Below, one piece after another: positions 54,601-64,000 of a stretch of DNA of 64,000 bases; within the stretch, counting starts at the first letter, position 1, and each line of letters begins with the position of its first letter. Source of the stretch: an uncultured Acidobacteriota bacterium (lineage in GTDB: Bacteria; Acidobacteriota; Polarisedimenticolia; J045); assembly GCA_963702425.1 (NCBI GenBank), contig CAVPCQ010000029.1:1-64000 (forward strand). Reading direction: 5' to 3'. The notes beneath the pieces are model-generated. The model had not been told where the DNA came from, did no database searches, and saw nothing but the letters and a program-made list of their open reading frames with translations. A program made the translations under genes and the position numbers.

Positions 54601-54827
54601 CAGTTGTCCGTCCGGTAGACGCTGTCCTCGAACTGCACCCGCGCGGCGCACCAGTCGGGAAACTGCCAGCCTGGCGGGATCGCGTTCACCACGGCGTGGA
54701 AGATGTCGTCGAGCGGGATCTCCGGGTGCGCGAGAATCTCCTCGATCCGGTACAGGCACTGGAGTTCCTTGTGGCGCTCGCGCAGAAACCAGATCAGCTT
54801 GTCCAGCGGCGGCTCGGGTCCAGTCAT
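51657..54827 (-). CDS. PEP/pyruvate-binding domain protein B with N-terminal GAF-like and C-terminal nucleotidyltransferase domains, 1056 aa
   Basis: LRERHKELQCLY..PPGWQFP..GPFLAEE (GAF-like); LGGKSAG, VRSSSLLED, QCRP, GTHFFQDLVE; YLIGSTKNATAGPASDIDLLV (GS-DxD). Confidence 0.88.
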   Translation of the reverse strand: MTGPEPPLDKLIWFLRERHKELQCLYRIEEILAHPEIPLDDIFHAVVNAIPPGWQFPDWCAARVQFEDSVYRTDNWAETPWQQRADIHVHGQHLGDLTVGYTRSAPPADEGPFLAEETKLIATIAERLGFFVMFARMKHVLQGVEIASADLSAQRQVAWRVVLDLLRETDRALFRSIALKVLNHLCWSGVKEAEQLRAQLGEGVPADEAGTERDENRPDTGRVLSVVDDATGTRIVELAASHLGDDETLAYLQRLIQNDKLSFLVEAVVNRNHPLPEVADALRRYHQLTPEGARLPESSERSVIVALARRFFTEHLEYLNVAKRYLEVEDFFRLLQGTIFTSASQGKLGGKSAGLFLAAKVLDRAAAEIPALGRIRVPRTWYITSDVLLDFIHYNHLDDVVEQKYKEINQVRLEYSHIIDTFKSCPFPPEIVRGLAQVLDEVGEHPVIVRSSSLLEDHAGSAFPGKYKSLFLANQGAKGERLAALAGAVAEVYASTFGPDPIQYRMERGLSDFQEEMGIMIQEVVGTRIGPYFAPTFAGVGFSRNEFRWSPRIRREDGLLRLVPGLGTRAVDRLADDYPVLVAPGQPGLRTNSTPDEVLHYAPRKLDVLNLETNRFETVRVDALLREYGAAVPGVARMVSLHSAGHVRKPLGTRVDFEREDLVWTFEGLISDTPFLGEMRAVLETLERALGVPVDIEFASDGTDIYLLQCRPQSDTDESRPSPIPQDLPTERVLFTANRFVSNGRVPDLTHLVYVDAAAYTQVQDRADLLAIGRAVGRLNQLLPKRQFALIGPGRWGSRGDIKLGVSVSYSDISHCALLVEVARRRDGYAPDLSFGTHFFQDLVEARIRYLPLYPDDEGAVFNERWLHAADNLLAGILPEYAHLAGVLRVIDVPASSGGLVARVLMNAALDSAVAYLTSPATTSASEEEPSGRGERASEPHWRWRLAMAQRIASELDLERFGVVKVYLIGSTKNATAGPASDIDLLVHHRASTEQIDALRLWLDGWSRALDEMNFLRTGYRSNGLLDVHLVTDDDIARGTSFAVKIGAVTDAARPL

Positions 54828-56545
54828 CGGCGAATCACCCCCTGGCCGGTTCGCCCGTCGACGCGGATCGCCAACGGTGCGGGAAGTCGGATCCAGCGCA
54901 GCCGCGCCGTCTCGCGCAGCGCGGGCTGCGCGTCGAGCCAGTCCCAGTCGATGCTTCCGTCGGTCGCGGAGAAATAGAGCACGCGGAAGCTGGTGACATT
55001 GTGGAAGAAGTGCGCTCCCTGGCTCGGCCGGAACGCCATCCCTGGCAGCATCGCCTCGACGATCACGCGCGCCCCCGAGATCTGTGCGAACGCGACCGGG
55101 ACGCCGCCTGCCGGGTCGGAGGTTCCCCAGCGGCCGAAGCCGACGAGCAGGTAAGGCCGGCCGGCGGCCAGCAACTCCTGGTTCAACGCGTCGAGTTCCT
55201 GCGCGATGCCGGGCGTATCGCCGGCCTCGAACGCCTCGCGCCGAACGACGACCACGTCGGCAACGTCCGGCGCCGCACCGTTGCCCAGCACACCGTGCGC
55301 GGCGAGCAGCAACCCGGCCGGCTCGAGATCCGCGGCCGAGATCTCGACGCGCTCCGCCGAGACCATCATCGGCCGCACCTGCAGGAGGCCCAGCCGTGCA
55401 GCGGACCCGCCTTCCGGGTCGAGCGTGAAAGCCAGTTCGATCTCGACGTCAATGGCGAATTCGGCTCGCGCGGCGTCGAGCAGGGCGACGACGGCGTCGC
55501 TGAACGGGAGCATGCGCGTCTGCCGCAGTGGTGCGAAGTCGAGCATCCGCGGCCCCGGGCGCGAGATCCCGGGGACGAGGCGGTCATCCGCGGCGAGGTA
55601 TGTCGACGCCGTCCAGGTCAGCGTGCCGTCGCTCTCGGCTGCGGCGAGGTCGGCCTGGACGAGGAACTCGGTCTCGTGCGTCGGGTCGTACGCGGGGGGC
55701 TTTCCCATGTTGACGGCCCAGAACGCCGTTTGCCCCTCTTTCACCAGGGCGCGCAGCGAGGTGTAGGGAGGGGCCGTACGGGGGTAGCGCGGGCAGTAGG
55801 CCCATCCCACGCCGTCGTCGACGATCGTGCGGCCCAGCCCGAGTGCCAGTTCCGCGACGCCATCGTCCGGCTTCGCGTGCCCCGACGGATAGAAGTTGAA
55901 AGACCGTCCGACGGCGGAGACGTCGGGGTAGAAACGCTCTCCGTGACGGCGCCCGACCACTTCCTGGACGATCACGGCCATCCGTTCTTCGGTCGGGTCG
56001 CGGCGCGTGGCAGCGATGTACTGGCGCGCGTCCCGGAACCACGTCGACGCGAAGACGAGCTTGATCGCCTCGACCAGTCCGCGGAAGCGTGACGCCGCGT
56101 CCGGCTGGTTGTTGGCGATCATCTTCGTGGCGTAGACGCCGGCGAACGGCTGCTCGAGCGCGTCCTCGAGCAGGCTCGACGAGCGGACGGCGAGCGGCGC
56201 TCTCGCCTCCGTCGCAAGCGCCTGCAGGTCGCCCAGCAGATCGGTCGGGAGCCGGCCGCGCTGGAAGGCCATCGCGATCACGTCGTCCCGCTCGTCGCGC
56301 AACCCGGCGACCGCGTCCAAGCCGTTCAGCTCGAGGAAGCGCTCGAAGCAGTCGGCGGCGAGGACCGTCATCCGCGGGATCGAGATCTCGAGCCCTTCCG
56401 GGGCGAACCGCTCGGCCAGCGAGGCGACGACCCGCTGCGCGCGCACGAGTCCCGAGGCCTTTCCGCCCAAGGGGCCGTCGCCCAGCCGCGTGATCGCCGG
56501 ACCGCGGAGGAACCCCCCTCGGGACAGGCGCGGAATTCCGTCCAC
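54824..56545 (-). CDS. PEP/pyruvate-binding domain protein C, core only (~573 aa)
   Basis: LGGKASG, AVRSSSLLED..FAGVY, GLGRTIV, EIELA, LQVRP, GFGRWGT, SQGAHFFHNVTS; GTG at 56545 (ORF open to 56596); ATGA overlap with protein B. Confidence 0.87.
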   Translation of the reverse strand: MDGIPRLSRGGFLRGPAITRLGDGPLGGKASGLVRAQRVVASLAERFAPEGLEISIPRMTVLAADCFERFLELNGLDAVAGLRDERDDVIAMAFQRGRLPTDLLGDLQALATEARAPLAVRSSSLLEDALEQPFAGVYATKMIANNQPDAASRFRGLVEAIKLVFASTWFRDARQYIAATRRDPTEERMAVIVQEVVGRRHGERFYPDVSAVGRSFNFYPSGHAKPDDGVAELALGLGRTIVDDGVGWAYCPRYPRTAPPYTSLRALVKEGQTAFWAVNMGKPPAYDPTHETEFLVQADLAAAESDGTLTWTASTYLAADDRLVPGISRPGPRMLDFAPLRQTRMLPFSDAVVALLDAARAEFAIDVEIELAFTLDPEGGSAARLGLLQVRPMMVSAERVEISAADLEPAGLLLAAHGVLGNGAAPDVADVVVVRREAFEAGDTPGIAQELDALNQELLAAGRPYLLVGFGRWGTSDPAGGVPVAFAQISGARVIVEAMLPGMAFRPSQGAHFFHNVTSFRVLYFSATDGSIDWDWLDAQPALRETARLRWIRLPAPLAIRVDGRTGQGVIRR

Positions 56546-56561
56546 TGGCCGGCCCCCGTTC

Positions 56562-57857
56562 TCAGGCCCAGCCGCGCTCGCGGCAGGCCTCGGCAACGCG
56601 CGCCACGGCGATGACCAGCGCTGCCTCGCGCAACGGCAGCCGATCGCGGCGCGCCGCTGCGAATACCGCGTGCGCGGCGGTCGTCATCCGGGTGTCGAGC
56701 CGCGCCAGCACCTCGTCCTTCTCCCAGTAGAAGTTCGCGTTGCTCTGCACCTGCTCGAAGTAGCTGCAGGTGACGCCGCCGGAGTTCGCCAGCGCATCGG
56801 GGATCACGGTGACCCCCCGTTCGGCGAGCACGGCGCCGGCCTCGGCCGAGGTCGGCGCATCGGCTCCCTCGAGCACGAAGCGCACCGCCGGATGGACCTT
56901 GGCGACGTTCTCCGCCGTCAGCTGGTTCTCGATCGCGGCCGGGATCAGCACGTCCACTGGCTGCTCGAGCCACGCGGCGCCCGGGAGCAGTTCATATCCC
57001 AGGTCCCGCGCCGCGTCGCGATCGATGGATCCGAAACGATCGGCGACGCCGCGCAGCACCGCCAGGTCCACCCCCTGCTCACGACGGAAGCAGACCGCCT
57101 CGCCGGCGGCCTGGTCCCAGCACGACACCGCGAGGACCTTGCCGCCGACCTGTGTCAGCAGTTCGATCGCGTGCTGGGCGACGTTCCCGAACCCCTGCAC
57201 GCTGGCGGCGACGTTCCGGATCGGCTGCCCCAACTCGGCCAGGGCCTCGCGCAGCACGAAGACCAGCCCGTATCCGGCGGCCTCGGTCCGACCGAGCGAG
57301 CCTCCCAGCGCGACCGGCTTGCCGGTGATGAACCCCGGATCGCGCCGCCCGGCCATCGTCTCGTACTCGTCGAGCATCCAGAGCATGTGGGGCGCGCCGG
57401 TCATGATGTCGGGCGCGGCGACATCGACCCGCGGGCCGAGCTCGCGGAACAACGCACGCACCCAGCCGCGGCAGAGCCGCTGCAGCTCCGCTGCCGACAG
57501 GTCGTGCGGGTCGCAGGCTACCCCGCCGTGGCTGCCGCCGAGCGGGATGTCCACGATCGCGCTCTTCCACGACATCCCCATCGCCAGCGCGCGCGCGGCG
57601 TCGAGCGACTCCTGTGGGTGGAAACGGATTCCCCCCTTGGCCGGACCGCGCGCGTCGTTGTGCTGGACGCGGAAACCGCGGAAGACGCGCGTCCGGCCGT
57701 CGTCCATGGCGACCGGAACCGCGAACCGGTGCTCGCGCAGCGGCCAGCGCAGCAGTTCGCGGAGCGACTCGTCGAGGCCGAGGAAGGTCGCAACCCGGTC
57801 GAACTGGTCCTGCGCGGCGTGGAAGAACTGGTAGGGTGCCGGATGTCCGTCGCTCAT
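56562..57857 (-). CDS. Glu/Leu/Phe/Val dehydrogenase homologue with catalytic Lys replaced by His
   Basis: GPAKGGIRFHP, MSWK, GGSHGG (canonical GGGKGG), APD, TGKP, QGFGNV, IPAAIEN, EGAD (canonical EGAN), LANSGGV; alternative start 57869. Confidence 0.9.
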   Translation of the reverse strand: MSDGHPAPYQFFHAAQDQFDRVATFLGLDESLRELLRWPLREHRFAVPVAMDDGRTRVFRGFRVQHNDARGPAKGGIRFHPQESLDAARALAMGMSWKSAIVDIPLGGSHGGVACDPHDLSAAELQRLCRGWVRALFRELGPRVDVAAPDIMTGAPHMLWMLDEYETMAGRRDPGFITGKPVALGGSLGRTEAAGYGLVFVLREALAELGQPIRNVAASVQGFGNVAQHAIELLTQVGGKVLAVSCWDQAAGEAVCFRREQGVDLAVLRGVADRFGSIDRDAARDLGYELLPGAAWLEQPVDVLIPAAIENQLTAENVAKVHPAVRFVLEGADAPTSAEAGAVLAERGVTVIPDALANSGGVTCSYFEQVQSNANFYWEKDEVLARLDTRMTTAAHAVFAAARRDRLPLREAALVIAVARVAEACRERGWA

Positions 57858-57913
57858 GGCCGTATCCATCCTCCGCCAGGGCGAACCCGCCGGTCGCTTA
57901 CCAGACAGGGTAG

Positions 57914-59431
<1,518 letters not shown>

Positions 59432-59459
59432 TCGCTGGCTTGGGAAGGCTCGTGGGGGG

Positions 59460-59491
59460 GGGGCGGCCGGCGACGGCCGCCCCTTCTCTTT
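59460..59491 (+). terminator. intrinsic terminator of gdhA
   Basis: GGGGCGGCCG-GCGA-CGGCCGCCCC followed by TTCTCTTT. Confidence 0.8.
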
Positions 59492-59494
59492 GCG

Positions 59495-62470
59495 TCAAGG
59501 CTTCAGGATCACGCCGCGCCCCGAGCGCCCGTCGATCCGCACGTCGAGCGGGTCGCCGAGCCGCACGTGGCGCAGGTACGCGGTCTCGGTCTCCGCGCGG
59601 TGAGCCGCCAGCCAGTCGAAGTCCACGAACCCGCTTCCGCGGCGCTGATGGACGGTCAGGTAACCGGTGCCGAAGGACGTGATGTTGTGGAAGAAGTGGC
59701 TTCCCTCCGACGGCGTCACCTCGACGTCGTCGAGGTCGGTCTCGATGATCGCGCGTGCCCCGGCGATCATCCGCCACTCGACCGGGATCCCCAGCCAGTT
59801 GTCCGAAGTTCCCCAGCGGCCGGGTCCGATCAACAGGTAGGGGCGATTCTCCGCGACCAGCCGGCGATTGATCGTCTCGACCTCGCGCGCGATGTCGACC
59901 GTCCGGGCGCGGTCGAACGCCTCTCCCCGGATGTAGACGATGTCCCGGATCTCGGCCACGTGCCCGCGGCCGAGAGCCTGCGGCGAGTCGCAGAGCACCG
60001 CCTCGCGGCCGCTGTTCTCGAGCAGCCGGTCGATGTCGTCGGATCCGACATCGACCACCAGCGGCCGGATCTGCAGGACGCCGAACTCCGCCGGCTCGTC
60101 CGTCGTTTCGGGCAGGTTGACCGCGAACTCGATCTCGACCGGGCAGCTCATCGCCTGCTGGCCGAGCGCGAGAAGTGTCCGCAACACCGCGGCCAGCGGG
60201 AAGAGCCGCATCCGGAGGATCGGGTCGAAGGTGACGACGCGGATCCCGGCCCGGCCGACGCCGGGGTAGAAGGCGTCGTCGTCGCGCGAGTAGGTCGAGG
60301 CGACGCGGCCGAGCGTGCCGTCGCGCTCGGCGTGTGCGAGATCGAGGCGCACCAGGGCATCCTCATGCGTCCGGTCGGGGAAGTCGGCCCCGGCTGACAT
60401 GTCCAGCGCCCAGAACTGGCGCTGCGAGCTCTTCAGCGTGTTGGCGGTCCCGGCGAACTGCAGCACGGCGCGCGGCGCGCCGGGGGAGAAGCGCACGGCT
60501 CGGCCGCCGTCCACGACCGTGCGCCCCAGCCCCAGCGCCACCGCCGCGACGCCATCCTCCGGCTCGAGCCCGAGCATCGGGTAGTAGTTGTAGGACTGCG
60601 CCACGCCGGCGAAGTCGGGATAGAAGTGCGTGCCGCGCGCGCGCCCCACGAGCTGCTGCACGACGACCGCCATCTTCTCCTCTTCGACGCGGTGGGGGGT
60701 CTGCTGCAGGTAGGCCTTGGAGCTCCACGAGTAGGTCGAGGCGTAGACCAGTTTGATCGCGCCGGCGAGCTGCCGCAGGCGCACCTCCGGGTCGTCCGCG
60801 TTGTTGGCCAACATGATCGTCCGGAAGATTCCGGCGAACGGCTGGTCGTGCGAGTCCTCGAGCAGGCTCGAGGAGCGGACCGCGAGCGGGTAGCGCGCCG
60901 TCTCGAGGAAGGCGACGAGGTCCCGTTCGATCGGCGGGGGGAGCGGCGCGGCGAGAAACGCGGCCTCGATCTCCTCGTCCGGCGCGTCGGAGAAGGCCAG
61001 CCGTCCCAGCCCCGGGGTCTGCATGAACTCGCCGAACACCCCGGTCCCCAGCACCGTCGTCGGCGGCACGAACAGGCGCACCCCGGGCGGGACGTGCCCC
61101 TCGCGCTGCCGCCCGAGCAACGAGTGGATGAACCCCAGGCCGCGCCCCTTCCCCCCCATCGAGCCGCTCCCGAGCCGGCTGAACGCCTCGGCGTCGGCCG
61201 GCGCCTGCCGCGCGAAGTCGGCGACGACGCCACGGCGCGTCTCGGCCAGCAGGCCCGAGAAGGCCTCGATCAGGTACCGACGCAGCGCGTCCGTGCTCTC
61301 GAACTCCGACACCTTGCGCGGGCGGAACCGGGCGGCCAGCGCGAACTCCGTGCGCGCCATGCACCAGTTCGAGAAGTGGTTGCGCGAGGCGTGATAGCGC
61401 AGCGACGCCTCGGGGACCTGCGCCAGCGCGCCGGGCATCGCAGCCAGGTCCTTGACGCGCAGCAACTCGTGGCCGGTCGGCGGGTCGACGAATACGAAAT
61501 CGCCGAAGCCGAGGTTCCGGCGGATGAAGTGGCGCAACTCCTCGAGCAGTCGCGGCGAGCGCTTGCTCGAGAAGCCCGCCCCCAGCGCGAGGGCCTTCTC
61601 GCGCAGGCCGGCGTCGGAGGACTGCACCAGGACCGGGAGGTCGGGGACAGCCTGGCGGACCTGCCGCAGCAGTTCGATCCCCGCCTCGGGATCGGACCGC
61701 CCGCCGCGCGGGAAGCGGGCGTCGGTGATGATCCCCAGGATCGAGGGCCGGTAGCGCTCGAACAGGTCGCGGGCCTCCTCGAACGTCTCCGCCAGCAGGA
61801 TCTTCGGCCGCGCCCGCATCCGCCGCAGCCGCTCGCGCGCGTTGACGCCGTCGGCCAGCAGCGCCTGCCCCTGCGCGACCAGCTCGGTGTAGAGCATCGG
61901 CAGGTACGAGGAGTAGAAGCGCACCGAGTTCTCGACCAGCAGGATCATCCGCACGCCGGCGAGGGCGATGTCGCGCTCGGTGTTCCGCTGGTCTTCGATG
62001 TACTTGACGATCGCCAGGAACAGCGCCACGTCGCCGCGCCAGACGAACACCTGGTCGACCGCGGGCGGACCGGGCTGCGCCTTGACGCGGTGCGCCTCGC
62101 GCTGGTTGTCGGCGAGCATCACGACCGGCAAGTCGGGGAAGCGGGCCTTCACCTGCTCGCTGAACTGCCGGACCTCCATCCCGCCGAGCCGGGCCATCGT
62201 GATGACCAGGTCGAACGGCCGAGCTTCGAGCAGCGCGAGCGCCTCCTCGGCCGTCGCGGCCAGCGTGATGCGCGGCGCGAAGCTCAGCTTCAGCTCGTAG
62301 AACTCGGCGTCGAGGCTCTCGGAGAGCTGCCCGTCCTCTTCGAGGATGAACGAGTCGTAGAGGCTGGCGACCAGCAGGACCTCGTGGACCCGGAACGCCA
62401 TCAGCTGGCGGAAGACCGCCTCTTCGGGGTCGATCTCGTGCGCCGTCCGTCCGAGGGGTTCCTCGCTCAT
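59495..62470 (-). CDS. PEP/pyruvate-binding domain protein D with two N-terminal receiver-like domains, 991 aa
   Basis: ATG at 62470 after GGAGG; VLLVASLYD..FDLVITM (REC1), ILLVEN..GIITDARFP..QSS..K (REC2), MGGKGRG, AVRSSSLLED, LQIRP, GPGRWGT, SEGSHFFHNITS. Confidence 0.88.
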   Translation of the reverse strand: MSEEPLGRTAHEIDPEEAVFRQLMAFRVHEVLLVASLYDSFILEEDGQLSESLDAEFYELKLSFAPRITLAATAEEALALLEARPFDLVITMARLGGMEVRQFSEQVKARFPDLPVVMLADNQREAHRVKAQPGPPAVDQVFVWRGDVALFLAIVKYIEDQRNTERDIALAGVRMILLVENSVRFYSSYLPMLYTELVAQGQALLADGVNARERLRRMRARPKILLAETFEEARDLFERYRPSILGIITDARFPRGGRSDPEAGIELLRQVRQAVPDLPVLVQSSDAGLREKALALGAGFSSKRSPRLLEELRHFIRRNLGFGDFVFVDPPTGHELLRVKDLAAMPGALAQVPEASLRYHASRNHFSNWCMARTEFALAARFRPRKVSEFESTDALRRYLIEAFSGLLAETRRGVVADFARQAPADAEAFSRLGSGSMGGKGRGLGFIHSLLGRQREGHVPPGVRLFVPPTTVLGTGVFGEFMQTPGLGRLAFSDAPDEEIEAAFLAAPLPPPIERDLVAFLETARYPLAVRSSSLLEDSHDQPFAGIFRTIMLANNADDPEVRLRQLAGAIKLVYASTYSWSSKAYLQQTPHRVEEEKMAVVVQQLVGRARGTHFYPDFAGVAQSYNYYPMLGLEPEDGVAAVALGLGRTVVDGGRAVRFSPGAPRAVLQFAGTANTLKSSQRQFWALDMSAGADFPDRTHEDALVRLDLAHAERDGTLGRVASTYSRDDDAFYPGVGRAGIRVVTFDPILRMRLFPLAAVLRTLLALGQQAMSCPVEIEFAVNLPETTDEPAEFGVLQIRPLVVDVGSDDIDRLLENSGREAVLCDSPQALGRGHVAEIRDIVYIRGEAFDRARTVDIAREVETINRRLVAENRPYLLIGPGRWGTSDNWLGIPVEWRMIAGARAIIETDLDDVEVTPSEGSHFFHNITSFGTGYLTVHQRRGSGFVDFDWLAAHRAETETAYLRHVRLGDPLDVRIDGRSGRGVILKP

Positions 62471-62493
62471 CGCGCCTCCGCAACGTGCCCGTG

Positions 62494-64000
62494 CTACTTC
62501 GCGGCGGCACCCTCCGGCCGCAGATAGCGCTCCAGTTGCTCGGCGATCCGGCGGTGCAGGTGCAGCCGTGCCGGGTTGCCCGGGATCCCGTGATTCTTGT
62601 TGGGGTAGAGCTGCAGGTCGTACGGTTTCCCGGCCAGGTAGAGCTTCTCGGCCAGCTGGAGCGTGTTCTGCACGTGCACGTTGTCGTCGCTGGTGCCGTG
62701 GATCAGCAGCAGCGCGCCGCCGAGCTTGTCGGCCTGGTTGACGGACGACGAGTCGCGGTAGCCGTCGGGGTTCCCGGAGGGCAGCTTCAGGTAGCGCTCG
62801 GTGTAGGCCGAGTCGTACAGCAGCCAGTTGGTCACCGGCGCGACTGCGGCGCCGACCTTGAAGACCCCCGGCGCGTTGGTCAGCGCGTAGGTCGTCATGT
62901 AGCCGCCGTACGACCAGCCCCAGATTCCGATCCGCTCGCCGTCCACGAAGGGGAGCGACTTGAGGTACTCGACGCCGACCAGCTGGTCCTCCAGCTCGAT
63001 CTTGCCGAAGCGCTTCAGCAGGGCCCGCTCGAAGGCCCGCTCGCGGCCGCCGGAGCCGCGGTTGTCGATCGAGAAGACGAGGGTACCGCGCCCGGCGAGG
63101 TAGCTGTGGAACATCGTGTACGAGCGCGCCCAGGCGTCGGAGACGACCTGCGGGCCGGGGCCGCCGTAGACGTAGACGACGACCGGGTACTTCTTCGCCG
63201 GGTCGAAGTCGGCGGGCTTGAGCAGGCTGGCGTGCAGCGTGGTGCCGTCCTTCGCCTTCAGGGTGAGGAACTCCTGCGTCCCGATCGCGTACTCGAACCA
63301 CGGCGCCTTGCCGTTGTCGATCAGCGTCGCCTTGCGCCGCCCCGCGGCGTCGATCAGGTAGGTCGACGGGGGGACGAGCGCCGCGGAGAAGCTGTCGACC
63401 GCGAAGCGGTTCCCCGGCGCCATCTCGGTGACGTAGTGGGTGCCCTTTTCTTCGGTCAGGCGCTTGAAGCCGGAGCCGTCGAGCTGCACGCGGTAGAGTT
63501 GCAGCTCGAGCACGTTCTTCTGCTTCCCGACGAAGAAGACCGTGCCCGCGGCCTCGTCGAGGCCGACGACGGCAGAGACGTTCCACGGTCCGGAGGTGAG
63601 CTGCCGGATCGGCCTGCCGGCGGCGTCATGGAGACAAAGGTGCCGGTTGCCGTCGCGCTCGGAGGACCACAGGAAGCGCCCGTCGGCGAGAAAACGCAGG
63701 TCGTCGTGCAGGTTGATCCACGCGGCGTCGGTCTCGACGAGCAGCGGCGTCGAGACGCCGGTCGCACGGTCGAGCAGCGTCAGCTGCAGCCGCGTCTGGA
63801 GCCGGTCGATGACCTGGTACCAGGCCGCGTTGCCGTTCGGCGTCCAGCCGACGCGCACGAGGTAGGTCTCGCCATTCGGCCACTTCAGCTCGTGGGCCAG
63901 GGCGCGCCCGTCGGGCTCCGGGACGACGGAGACGACGCGCAGCGACGGGATCGGGTTCGGGTCTCCGGCCTTCGGGTAGGGGCTCGAGGTGACGACCGGC
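62494..64000 (-). CDS. S9B dipeptidyl peptidase IV family protein, 5' end outside the window
   Basis: YPKAG, YVYGGP, DNRG, GWSYGG nucleophile, HGTSDDNVH, YPNKNH. Confidence 0.93.
   Translation of the reverse strand, partial: PVVTSSPYPKAGDPNPIPSLRVVSVVPEPDGRALAHELKWPNGETYLVRVGWTPNGNAAWYQVIDRLQTRLQLTLLDRATGVSTPLLVETDAAWINLHDDLRFLADGRFLWSSERDGNRHLCLHDAAGRPIRQLTSGPWNVSAVVGLDEAAGTVFFVGKQKNVLELQLYRVQLDGSGFKRLTEEKGTHYVTEMAPGNRFAVDSFSAALVPPSTYLIDAAGRRKATLIDNGKAPWFEYAIGTQEFLTLKAKDGTTLHASLLKPADFDPAKKYPVVVYVYGGPGPQVVSDAWARSYTMFHSYLAGRGTLVFSIDNRGSGGRERAFERALLKRFGKIELEDQLVGVEYLKSLPFVDGERIGIWGWSYGGYMTTYALTNAPGVFKVGAAVAPVTNWLLYDSAYTERYLKLPSGNPDGYRDSSSVNQADKLGGALLLIHGTSDDNVHVQNTLQLAEKLYLAGKPYDLQLYPNKNHGIPGNPARLHLHRRIAEQLERYLRPEGAAAK

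Noticed and set aside
59454-59463. G10 tract as a phase-variation switch
   Set aside because: Intergenic, merges into the terminator stem, and homopolymer length is unreliable in this assembly.

Overview
High-GC bacterial window, most likely from a metagenome or long-read assembly of a diderm organism (an Acidobacteriota-like origin is only a guess from gene style). In order it contains: a kdpFABC-kdpDE potassium-uptake operon with an extra unannotated 32-aa peptide gene; an M24 peptidase; a class D beta-lactamase-like protein; glycosyltransferases; a GTP-type PEP carboxykinase gene broken by a ~1.3-kb tandem duplication; a REP/BIME array; a full hydroxyproline catabolic cluster; a sulfatase remnant; cstA, fpr and a desaturase; a 167-bp MITE; nadA, a YgfZ-like gene and apaG; an ApbE/porin/FMN-binding/cytochrome b-like cluster behind two Fur-like boxes, followed by system II cytochrome c maturation genes; and a partial DPP-IV gene. 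The best candidate for an undescribed system is 48.4-62.5 kb. There, four paralogous PEP-synthase-like ATP-grasp proteins lack the pyruvate-binding barrel but keep an invariant C-terminal G[TSA]HFF histidine. One carries receiver domains and another carries GAF plus nucleotidyltransferase domains. They cluster with a metallophosphoesterase around an intact NADP-type glutamate dehydrogenase and a second GDH whose catalytic lysine is replaced by His, which suggests a post-translational signalling module acting on GDH (inference). Several single-base frameshifts are probably sequencing errors. All family assignments come from motif recognition by eye; no database search was run.
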